This document shows positions 39,070 through 48,290 of a stretch of DNA of 64,000 bases, in pieces (within the stretch, counting starts at the first letter, position 1; every line of letters begins with the position of its first letter). The stretch is from the NCBI GenBank assembly GCA_033812795.1, contig JAPXSY010000001.1, positions 2,282-66,281 on the forward strand, read 5' to 3'. The stretch comes from Kiritimatiellia bacterium. GTDB lineage: Bacteria; Verrucomicrobiota; Kiritimatiellia; RFP12; UBA1067. The notes below the pieces were generated by a model. The model searched no databases. It was given only the letters and a program-made list of their open reading frames with translations, and had not been told where the DNA came from. Position numbers and translations under genes: made by a program.

Positions 39070-41232
39070 TTATTTTGTGGATACGTCGATCCCATGAACC
39101 ACCACGGGAGCACCCGTCAACTCAAGCGTAATTTCCCCATTGGAGGCGGCGAATGTCTGTGTGCGCCCGAGAACGTCCGTCACGGTCACGACATCCTTTG
39201 TGGCGCGAAACGTGTGCTTCTTCACCACGCGCCAGTGGTTGAACCAGGGCTCGTAGTGGAAGAACGGCGCACCTTTCACGCGCCGCACGGGCGCATGCCA
39301 ACGCGTCTCCGTGCCTTCCGTGCGGTCGTAGAGAATCGCAAAAGGACCATTGGGTGAATCAAACGTCATACCGCGCAGTTTATCAGCCTTCTCTTCAGGC
39401 TGGATCCACCGTCCGAAACGCGCACCATCCAACACTTCAGCGGCCGTTACGAATCCCATGAATGAAGGTTTGGGCGAATCGTCACGCATTAACAACCCGT
39501 AGTGATACTCCATGTCGTTCGGATTCACACCGTCCTCATCGTAACTGATGCCTTCGTGCAACTGGTAGAAATGCATCGCGGCGGCACCCTCAGCCACGGC
39601 AAGCGCACATGTGAGGAAGGTGTTCTCGCCCGCCTGACGATATGAATCGGCCCAGCCGTCATTCGGCTTCGTCTTGGCATAGACCTCCGTGTAATACATC
39701 GGCTTGTCGGCGTAGCCAAACGAAGCGTACATTTTCTTTGATCCGCGCACGAGACCAAGATACTTCCAGCCACCAGCCGCGTCATCCGCCGTAAAAAAGC
39801 CGCGCGCTGGATGGATCGCGATGCCATCAAGGCGGTCGAAGATGCCTTTGTCCTTGATCAACTTCGCAAGCGCGGGTCGAAATGCGCTCGTACCATAGAT
39901 GATCTTGAACGTGCCGCCCTGCCGCGTACGTTCAGCACGTAGAGCGTCCAGCCATGTGGAGTAGGCATCGTAGAGGCGGTGTTGGATCGCGAGGTCGCCA
40001 CGATAGCCAATTTCATTGCCGAACTCCAAAGTCGGCGCCCCCTTGGCAATGGTGTTCGCCACCCACTTCGCCACACGTGTCCTGTGCTCGACGTTGTTCA
40101 TATCACAGGGCGTCTCGGGACATTGGAAGTGGTCGCCCGCGATAATTCCATAGGAACGCGACACGCGGTTGTCACCGCTGCGAAGATGACGCACGCCCAT
40201 ACGCTGCATGAGCTTCAGCTCGGCGGCCACCTCTTCGGGCGAACTGAACTTCTTCCCGAACCGCGCATTCATACCAAGAATGGAAGATTCCCGATGCACA
40301 AACGTGTAAGGCGGAAGAATCGCGAAATTCGTCCGCGTAAAGGCGTTTGTCCCTGCGCGCGCCTCGGCAAAATAGAGTCCCCGTGCCGTGACAGGAACAG
40401 TCATGGGGAGTCCCTGACGCTCTCCCGGCATAAGAGCGCACGTATTCGTTTGAGAGAAGACAAGCTGTCCATCCCAGTCACGGACATCGACGCCAACCGG
40501 GATGTCCGCAGCCTCCCGCCCAGTATTCGCCACGTTCAGCATCATGGATACGGGGCCCTTCTCCCAGAGGTTGTTGCGCTTCTCCGTATCCAAGTGCACG
40601 GCCACGCCCTGCCCCGCATGACGCGCCGCCACCTGCCAGCCGGGGTCATCTGCCGCCGCACGATAAAAGGTCAAGCCCGCCCGCCACACGCCGTTCGTTC
40701 CGCCCGTAAAGTTCAAGTGCTCGCTGTGCGGCCCACACCAATTCTCGTTACCCGTAAGCTCGTACCAGAGAGTCCCGCGTGCGCCTGACATCTGTTTCAA
40801 TTTGACGTTGTACGTTTCGTACGCCTCGCCCTGCTCGGGATTTGCGGCACAACGCCGCCATGTGCCGTGCTTCTCCACACCCTTTTTCTTGACGCCTTTT
40901 TCGAGGCGCAAATCCAGCATCACGCCGTCCGCACGGGCGTTGGCAGACACCGTGTAGACAAAATCCCACCGTACGCGATCCCCCCCATTGCTCACCGTAG
41001 CCTTCAAATCGGCGTCCGTGTAGGCCACAGCACCGACATTTTCTGTGAACGTGCAGGACACGGGACTCGCCTTGCCTCCGCTGAACTTGAAACGCACGTC
41101 CCCGACACCCACGACGTCATCCACCCACACGCATCCTTGCTTCAGCACGACTTCAGCCATGCTTGTACAGGCCAAAATAAGCGCCGTCACCAGAATGCAA
41201 GAACGGTCAATACGAAGTGAGAAATGGATCAT
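39070..41232 (-). CDS. Secreted clan GH-A (TIM barrel) glycoside hydrolase, paralog A
   Basis: Signal peptide from ATG 41232 (MIHFSLRIDRSCILVTALILACTSMA); NEP-type acid/base motif LEFGNEIGY; a paralog of 43924..46296 (shared YGLLMRDDSPKPS). Confidence 0.8.
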   Translation of the reverse strand: MIHFSLRIDRSCILVTALILACTSMAEVVLKQGCVWVDDVVGVGDVRFKFSGGKASPVSCTFTENVGAVAYTDADLKATVSNGGDRVRWDFVYTVSANARADGVMLDLRLEKGVKKKGVEKHGTWRRCAANPEQGEAYETYNVKLKQMSGARGTLWYELTGNENWCGPHSEHLNFTGGTNGVWRAGLTFYRAAADDPGWQVAARHAGQGVAVHLDTEKRNNLWEKGPVSMMLNVANTGREAADIPVGVDVRDWDGQLVFSQTNTCALMPGERQGLPMTVPVTARGLYFAEARAGTNAFTRTNFAILPPYTFVHRESSILGMNARFGKKFSSPEEVAAELKLMQRMGVRHLRSGDNRVSRSYGIIAGDHFQCPETPCDMNNVEHRTRVAKWVANTIAKGAPTLEFGNEIGYRGDLAIQHRLYDAYSTWLDALRAERTRQGGTFKIIYGTSAFRPALAKLIKDKGIFDRLDGIAIHPARGFFTADDAAGGWKYLGLVRGSKKMYASFGYADKPMYYTEVYAKTKPNDGWADSYRQAGENTFLTCALAVAEGAAAMHFYQLHEGISYDEDGVNPNDMEYHYGLLMRDDSPKPSFMGFVTAAEVLDGARFGRWIQPEEKADKLRGMTFDSPNGPFAILYDRTEGTETRWHAPVRRVKGAPFFHYEPWFNHWRVVKKHTFRATKDVVTVTDVLGRTQTFAASNGEITLELTGAPVVVHGIDVSTK

Positions 41233-41242
41233 CGGAAAACCC

Positions 41243-43267
41243 CTAGCGGAAAAGCACCATGGTACCACGTCCGCTTGGAATCCGCACGAAGACCGTGTTG
41301 TTCTCCCTAATCAGTCTTGTGCCTAATTCAGGAAACGGCAGAATCGCATGAGCGTTCAAGCCTTCGATGTCGATGCTGGACTTACTGTGCTTCCGATTCC
41401 AGAATCCACCCTGGTCGTAGAGGAGCGGCACCATGAGCGTCGTCTGCGGACGCTCTCCCGACGCCAGCACCACTTCAAACACGGCGTTGTCATAAAGCTC
41501 CACGTTATGATTGCTGCCCGCCACGTTCTGAAACGGCGCGGTTTCATACCCGGCATCCGGCACAACATAGCGCAGGCGCAACGGATGCTCCATCTCCGCA
41601 CCGTCCAGTCCGAGCGCCACGCCTGGGTACGGATCCGCGGTCGAGCTCACTTTCGCGCTCGTCACCTTGAAGAGCGGCTGCGCACCGCGGAATTCAAGCG
41701 CGCAGTTCGGACAGTTCGTAAACGGATAAAGAATACCTTCAGACGACCAGTTCCGTGAAAACGAACCCGACTTCACCACGGTCGTGTTCGACACGCAGAA
41801 CACGGAGTTCGAACTGCCGTTCTCAAACCGCAAACCATCGCACCAGGAAGCCAGGTTCACCTCGCCGCCAGTCACCGTCACGCAATTGTCCCGTCCCGCA
41901 AAGCTCACCGTTCCCGTCACCGTACCGCCTGTCACCCACGCGGCATTGTTTGTCCCGTCCATCACCAATTTCGCCAGACTCACGCCACCCGTAATTTCCA
42001 CGCGGTTGGACATGTTGCCCGTTGTGATCGTGGCCGCGTTCTGGATGCCGGAAGAAAGCCGGTACACGTTATCCATGCCACGCACGGAAACCGACTTGTC
42101 CGGTCCCGTGCCGCCACAGATTTCGTACACGTTCCCCGTTCCTGTCAAGTGCACGCCGTTATTACCCAGCGTCAACGTGCCGCCCGCGTTTTCGAATCGG
42201 TTGCTTTGTCCTTCAAGGAACAAGCCGCCACTGCCCCAGCCATCCATTTTCACCGTACTGCCTTCCATACGGAACACGTCCCAGGCACCCCGCATCGACA
42301 CGCGGCTCAACGTGAGAGTCCCCGACGTCCCCGTCACGTCGACTCTGTTGGAATATGATTGGTTCGGATTCACCGTGGATCCAAAATTAAGTCCACGATT
42401 CGTGTTGTAGACACTGATCGTGGCATTATGGAAAATCGCGCGGTTGCGAACCGCCAGTCCGTTGTAAGCGCCTGATGAGTATTGTGTTTCAGCAGGTTGC
42501 GCGTTGCCAAATGTGATCACAAACAACCCCAATGTTCCGTTGGTGATCGCCAGCGTACAGTCGGTTGCCTTGTAGAATTTGAAACCCCGGCCGACATGCG
42601 CTGTGGACGATGAGCCGCCATTGACCAGCACCGTGCCGCCATCGCGAATCAGGAATGTGTTGCCCGTACCTGAAATGTGTGAATATTCGGAATAGCCAGC
42701 CGTTTCCAAAAGTCCCCCATTCCGCACATCCAGTAGACATCCGGCCAGCGTTGGATCATTCGCAAAAAACACGTATTTATCGTTCACGGCCACGACATTT
42801 GTACTGCCGTCAATCACGAGCGAGGAGTTGTTCTTGTTGAGCACAAAGGCTTTGTTCTGCGGTTGGTTCAGAAACACGCCGTTCGTAAAAGTCACGGACG
42901 AATCCTCACCCACGGCGAAAGATGTGATGTTCGAGATCGTCCCGTTCTGAAACGTCGCCGAACCGCCCGTCACGGAGAACGCATTCGTGACACCCAGCGC
43001 GTGACCGCCCAGATTGAGCAAAAAGTCGGAAAGACCGCTGACCGTGAAGTCGCTGATCCACATCTCGCTCGAGAGCGTCCAGCCGTCAGCGGGGACAGTC
43101 CCCGTGGCGTCGATCAGCGCCGAATCATCGACCCCGGGTTTCGCGCCCCCACTCCAGTTAGTGTCCGTCGCGAGATCACCGTCCGTCGCGCCCGTATAGT
43201 TCACCGTTGCGGCTGAAAGCCCAGAAACCGCCAACCCCGCCAGCCAGCACAAGACACTCTTTTTCAT
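41243..43267 (-). CDS. Secreted Gly/Thr/Asn-rich beta-helical surface protein (autotransporter-associated beta-strand-repeat-like)
   Basis: Signal peptide MKKSVLCWLAGLAVSGLSAA followed by NYTGATDGDLATDTNWSGGAKPG; repetitive G/T/N/S-rich beta-strand repeats throughout. Confidence 0.75.
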   Translation of the reverse strand: MKKSVLCWLAGLAVSGLSAATVNYTGATDGDLATDTNWSGGAKPGVDDSALIDATGTVPADGWTLSSEMWISDFTVSGLSDFLLNLGGHALGVTNAFSVTGGSATFQNGTISNITSFAVGEDSSVTFTNGVFLNQPQNKAFVLNKNNSSLVIDGSTNVVAVNDKYVFFANDPTLAGCLLDVRNGGLLETAGYSEYSHISGTGNTFLIRDGGTVLVNGGSSSTAHVGRGFKFYKATDCTLAITNGTLGLFVITFGNAQPAETQYSSGAYNGLAVRNRAIFHNATISVYNTNRGLNFGSTVNPNQSYSNRVDVTGTSGTLTLSRVSMRGAWDVFRMEGSTVKMDGWGSGGLFLEGQSNRFENAGGTLTLGNNGVHLTGTGNVYEICGGTGPDKSVSVRGMDNVYRLSSGIQNAATITTGNMSNRVEITGGVSLAKLVMDGTNNAAWVTGGTVTGTVSFAGRDNCVTVTGGEVNLASWCDGLRFENGSSNSVFCVSNTTVVKSGSFSRNWSSEGILYPFTNCPNCALEFRGAQPLFKVTSAKVSSTADPYPGVALGLDGAEMEHPLRLRYVVPDAGYETAPFQNVAGSNHNVELYDNAVFEVVLASGERPQTTLMVPLLYDQGGFWNRKHSKSSIDIEGLNAHAILPFPELGTRLIRENNTVFVRIPSGRGTMVLFR

Positions 43268-43923
43268 ACCAACCCCCTCTTGCCTCAAATACTTGACCGT
43301 TAAACTGCGTCAGATCGTAGCATAACCGACGAGAAACCTCCACGTTAACTTTCTCCGTCATTTGTAATCGGTTCGTGACAGGGGGATGCGAGTTTAGTGC
43401 GTGGTTTGTGTGTGCGCAGTCGGGAGCGCGGGCGTCTTCCGCGCTACGCGCGGATTTAGGATTTAGCCTGCCGCACGGCTTCGCCGCGAAAAAACCTTGG
43501 AATAAGTTTAGGACATGGTTTCCGACAGATTCGCTTCGGCGGGGAGAAATCCATGATTAACATGATGTTGTTCAATCCTGAAAATCCTGTCATCCTGTCA
43601 ATTTGTAGGCAAGGAGTTAGGAGTTTTTTCACTTCGACATTCTGAGTTCGGCGTCGGGCGTTCGGCGTTCAAAGGCGGCGGCGTGAAACGCCGCCCGGAC
43701 GAGCAGACGCTCGTCCCTCCCATCCTGCGGCAAAACAAAAAAATCTGCGCAATCTGCAAATCTGCGGATAAAACCAGCAGCCTCAAGACACGTTGTTGCG
43801 GGCAAGGACGCCCACGCTCCCTTCTCACTGCTCCCCTTTTCACCAGAAACGCATGACCTTCGCACAGCCCTGTCACGGACCGATAGCCCGTCGTTTCGCC
43901 CGTTTCAAAACGGAATTACCCGA

Positions 43924-46296
43924 TCAATCGCTCACCTTGCCGCTCGACTTCTCTTCGGCGGCGTATTCATCTTCGCTCGGCTCCCGTCCGACGGCCGGCG
44001 CCGCAGGGAACGACGCGGCGGGCAGGATGTCAACCGGATCCAGACCGTAGACAAAGACGGGTTCGCCGTCGAGCGCGATCTCGAACTTCCCGTCCTTGAC
44101 CGCCGCCGGCCGTTCGCGGCCGATCATGTCGAAGACGCGCACCGCGCCCGCTGTTTTGAACGCATAGGGCTTCGTGCGGTGCCAGTGCCGCACCCACGGA
44201 TCCTTGTGCCGGAAAAGCGCGTCGCGGTAGACGCCCTTGGGCAGTTCGCGCTGCCAAAGTTTGTACAGCATGCCGCCTTCGTTCCGGTCGAAGAGGACCG
44301 CCAGCCGCCCGCGGGGCGTGTCGAAGACGAATGCGCGCAGGGTATCCGTGCGGTTTGTGCCGGCTCCCTTCTCACCGAGAAACTTCGCGCCGTCCAGATG
44401 CTCGCATGTCGCCGCATAGCTGAGAAGGGACGGCTTAGGCGAGTCGTCGCGCATCAGAAGCCCGAAGTCGTACTCGGCGTTCACCGTCGTCTGCCCGCTC
44501 GGGTGCGCGAGCGGATAGCCGTGCGGATCTTGGCTCGTGCCTTGGTGAAGCTTGTAGAACATCATGTTCTTGACGTTCGGCTCGACGGATGCGATGACGA
44601 GCGACAGGAGCGTGTTCTCGGTCGCCTGGCGCAGCGAATCCTTCCAGCCGTCGTTCGGATGCGTCGCCGCATAGCATTCGGTCATGTGGATTTCCTTGTC
44701 TGGGTAACCGAGCTCGGCGAAGCGGGCGCGGGCACGCTGGATAATGCCGCGGTATACCCAACCGCCGTGCGTCACATCGGCCGTATAATAGCCGCGCCCG
44801 GGGTGAAGCGTCAGCCCGTCCACGAGGTCAAAGACCCCCTCATCCTTCATGATCCGCATCATGTGCGCGGAATAGTCCGGCTGGATGCCGAAGGTGATGA
44901 TCTTGACGTGTCCGAGTCCTTCCGCCGCGAGCCGGGCACGGATGACCTTGAGCCAACTCACGTAGCATTTGACAAGCCGCGTCTGTTCCTCGTGCGTCTT
45001 GTGCCAACCGACTTCGTTGCCGAATTCGAAATAAGGGTTCCCCCGCTCCTTGATGCGGCCGACGATCTCCTTCTCGATGATCTTGACGTGCTTCGGATTC
45101 TGCGGATCGAACATCTCCGGCGGCGCGTGACGGGAGGCGTAGGCGGTGATGCCATAGTTTGTCCGGAAATGGTTGTTGTCGCCGTAGCGGAGGATCGACA
45201 CGCCGAGACGTTCCATCAGCCGCTCGGCTTCGGGCGTTTCGGGATAGGACGCCATCGCCGCGATCGACGTGTCGCGATGCGTGAACCGGTGCGGCGGCAA
45301 CACGGCAACATTCATCCGCGCGAAGCCATCCTCGCGCTCGCCCTCCCCGACCGTCGACTCGATGAACCAGATGCCGCGTGCGCCCTCTTCCACGGCCGGC
45401 AATGCATAGTCCCTGACGAACGGCACGCCGATTTTGAACTCGAACCTCTCGGACTGATCGAAAACGACCTTGCCGTCGAAGTCCCGCGCCACCGTCCGTA
45501 CTGTCCGCCAGCCATCGATTAGCGGTTTGACCGTAAGCCGGAACTTCGGCGCACCGCTCTCGAACAGGTTGAACGGGCGCTCCGTCGCAAGCGCGATCAC
45601 AAACGGCCGCCCGTCCACCTGTGCCGCGGCGCATTGCGCATCCTCGGAGTCGACGCCCGTCACGAACTCAAGCCGTCCGTGATAGACGCCGTTCGTTGAC
45701 GTGCGGGGGAACCCCGGACACTCCGTCCGCGCGCCCGACCAGCCGGTGTTCCGGCACCAGAAGACCTGACCGGACTTCGCGCGATACGGCTTAACGTTCA
45801 TGCTCTTGACCTCGAACGGCACCCCGGGATCATACCACCCTTCCGCCACCGCCGGCTTGCAACGTTGCCAATAGCCGCACTTCGTCACTTGCTGGCTCCG
45901 CCCCGTGTCATTCAGGCGGAAGACCTCGACCATCTGTCCGCCGCTCCTGAAGCACGGCGGGATTTCCGAGACGAAATCCACGGCGAAACCATGTCCCGTC
46001 AGGTACGCTTCCGCCGAAAACGGAAAGTTCGTGCCGCTGGCATTTGTGATCTCGTAGGCGATCCGCAGACGGTTATCCGACGTTCGCTCCGCCGACTTCG
46101 GCACAGCGCACGGCGTCGACCACACGAACGGAACCTTCCCGACCGCAAGGATGTCGGTTCCCGTCTTGTCCGCAATAACCAGTCGGCCGTCGGCAAAGCG
46201 CAATGAACACAGATCATCCGAAAGCCGCGGCGCGTCGCTCGCCGAAAGCGTCCCCGCAGCCCAGATAACCGCCAGCAGCGTCCACCTCGTCTTCAT
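43924..46296 (-). CDS. Secreted clan GH-A (TIM barrel) glycoside hydrolase, paralog B
   Basis: Signal peptide MKTRWTLLAVIWAAGTLSA and FEFGNEVGW acid/base motif; clear collinearity with 39070..41232. Confidence 0.8.
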   Translation of the reverse strand: MKTRWTLLAVIWAAGTLSASDAPRLSDDLCSLRFADGRLVIADKTGTDILAVGKVPFVWSTPCAVPKSAERTSDNRLRIAYEITNASGTNFPFSAEAYLTGHGFAVDFVSEIPPCFRSGGQMVEVFRLNDTGRSQQVTKCGYWQRCKPAVAEGWYDPGVPFEVKSMNVKPYRAKSGQVFWCRNTGWSGARTECPGFPRTSTNGVYHGRLEFVTGVDSEDAQCAAAQVDGRPFVIALATERPFNLFESGAPKFRLTVKPLIDGWRTVRTVARDFDGKVVFDQSERFEFKIGVPFVRDYALPAVEEGARGIWFIESTVGEGEREDGFARMNVAVLPPHRFTHRDTSIAAMASYPETPEAERLMERLGVSILRYGDNNHFRTNYGITAYASRHAPPEMFDPQNPKHVKIIEKEIVGRIKERGNPYFEFGNEVGWHKTHEEQTRLVKCYVSWLKVIRARLAAEGLGHVKIITFGIQPDYSAHMMRIMKDEGVFDLVDGLTLHPGRGYYTADVTHGGWVYRGIIQRARARFAELGYPDKEIHMTECYAATHPNDGWKDSLRQATENTLLSLVIASVEPNVKNMMFYKLHQGTSQDPHGYPLAHPSGQTTVNAEYDFGLLMRDDSPKPSLLSYAATCEHLDGAKFLGEKGAGTNRTDTLRAFVFDTPRGRLAVLFDRNEGGMLYKLWQRELPKGVYRDALFRHKDPWVRHWHRTKPYAFKTAGAVRVFDMIGRERPAAVKDGKFEIALDGEPVFVYGLDPVDILPAASFPAAPAVGREPSEDEYAAEEKSSGKVSD

Positions 46297-46396
46297 CGCC
46301 CGGCACTCCTCAACGGAAGCCGACCGGAAAGGTCGTCGCGCCGAAGGTCACGTCTCCCGATAGCGTATAGCCTCCTCATTCGCTGGAGCCCCTGCA

Positions 46397-48175
46397 TCAA
46401 CGGATCGTCAGCACACTCCCGCTCGGCGGCGGTTTCGCGTAGATCGTCTTCCCCTTGTCCCAGACAAGGGTCCAGCTCGGGGGCAGGATGGCGCTTGCAT
46501 TGAGCTGGTCAACGACGGTTTGGGACATATCCAGCCACCCTCCCGCCGTGTAGAAGAGCGGCACCGGCTCTGTCCCCTTGTAAGCGGAACCATCAATTTC
46601 AAATACGGTATTACCATAAAGCGTTGCCGTTCGATTCACGACCTGGTTCTGCATCGGCGCGGCAGCATAGCCCTGTTCGGGGATGACGAACTTGAAGTGC
46701 ACGGGATCCAGAAGCGGCTGTCCGCTCGCCGTACCGAGGACCCAGGCCTTCCAATTCGGCGTGGAGACACAACGCATCAGCGGGTTTGTGCCACGGAATT
46801 CAATCGCGGCGTTCGGGCTGTTCGTCCAGTTGAAGGCATCCACATTGCCGCTGCCGACGCAGACGCGCCCGTTCATCGTGTAGGTCGCATTCGAAATGAC
46901 CAATCGGCCGTTCGGCTTCTCTGCAAAGGAAATCACGCTCCCGTCACCTGGCGTATAGTACTCCGTGCCGTCCTTCAGGACAAAAACGTTGTTCGTGCCG
47001 CCAAGGACGACCGCATTCTGGCCGGCGTTGTTCGTCCAGGCGGCCGCCAGTTCACAAAGGCAGTCCTTAGAAGCTGCACCGAATGTCAGCACCCCGTTCG
47101 CACGCTTCGCCCCGATGGAAAAGTATCCGTTCGTGCCGCTGAAGGTCAGGCTCTTGTCCATCGTGCCGTCCACGAACTCGTAGCGATTGGAAAAGCCCCC
47201 GATGGTCACGCCGTAGGGCGCCGAGCAGGTACCGCCCGTCTGACGGATCAGGTTCGGTCCATTTCCTCCCATTGTCAACGTTCCTTTGTTTCACGTCACC
47301 AGCAGGCCGTCCGACAGGAGCAACCGGTTGTACCGGCCATTGACCTGGCAGCTTCCCGATGACAGCTCGCCCCCCAGCACTTCAACCCGGTTCGAGACGC
47401 CATTCATCACCACCGGAGGCGAGGCCTTGGCCGTGTCCTGAATCCGGAGAAGATCCCAGGCGCCGTTCATGTCAAAGGTCGAGAAGCCGCTGGCAACACT
47501 TGACCCGGAAACGACCATCTCATTGGAAACCGAATACCCGGACCGCCATTCAAAATACCGCCGCCCCGTATATTGGGGTGTCGCCTGCGGCACATTCATG
47601 GAAAAGGTCGAATCATGCACCAGCAGACGACACCCTGTCGCCTTCTTGCTGTCCAGACCGAACCTGAAGACGAACGCCGTCATCGTCGCATTCGTCAGGG
47701 CGATCGTGCAGTCCTTGGCATTGCCGAAACCAGACCCCCAATTGTATTCCGTGATGTCGCTGAGCAGGAGCGAACCGCCTTCCACCCGGATGTTCGACCC
47801 CGTGCCGCCGAGTTTGAAGAACCCCCTGTTCGGTGTTGTCACATGGTAGGTTCCCCCGTTGACGATATCGAGGGACAGGCCCGTCACGCCCAATGAGTTG
47901 CACAGGCCACCCGCCCGCCCTGCCTGAGTGGCCGTCTCCTCGAGCCATCCACCATCAATGAGAATCGACACGTCATTCTTTGTGACCAGATCGTCGGACG
48001 CAGTCGATATGACCCTCGTGCCGGCATTGAGGATCTTCACCTCATCTCCCTGCGCCAACGAGCCCAGCAGCGATGCGACCTCGTTCGTTCCCGAGTCATA
48101 GATGTACGTCGCCGCGCGGACGATCCCAGGGACAATCGACAGGCTCACAGCCAACATGACCATTCGTTTTTTCAT
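46397..48175 (-). pseudogene. Beta-helical surface protein paralog interrupted by an in-frame TGA (47291..47293)
   Basis: ORFs 47291..48175 and 46397..47278 are in the same frame. The first resembles the N-terminal half of the 41243..43267 protein (SNRVEVLGGE vs SNRVEITGG; CTIALTNATMTAFVFRFG vs CTLAITNGTLGLFVITFG). The second resembles its C-terminal half (AAIEFRGTNPLMRCV vs CALEFRGAQPLFKV; NASAILPP vs NAHAILPFP). TGA is a normal stop here (gyrA ends in TGA). Confidence 0.55.
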
Positions 48176-48290
48176 CCTTACCGCCTTTCATACAGAAACA
48201 ATAACCGACCAACCTCGGCACAATAGCCAATCAACCTCCTCAAACGCTGATTAGTGTACCATAATTCACCCGCTGGCACTTACACAAACT

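Noticed and set aside
44179-45522. 447-aa + strand ORF and 264-aa minus alternative-frame ORF (44840..45634)
   Set aside because: They overlap GH-A paralog B (43924..46296), which has the coherent signal peptide, NEP motif and a paralog. These are frame artefacts.
47291-47293. In-frame TGA as selenocysteine or reassigned codon
   Set aside because: TGA terminates gyrA and other genes here. No SECIS-like hairpin is evident immediately downstream. A nonsense mutation or sequencing error is more parsimonious.
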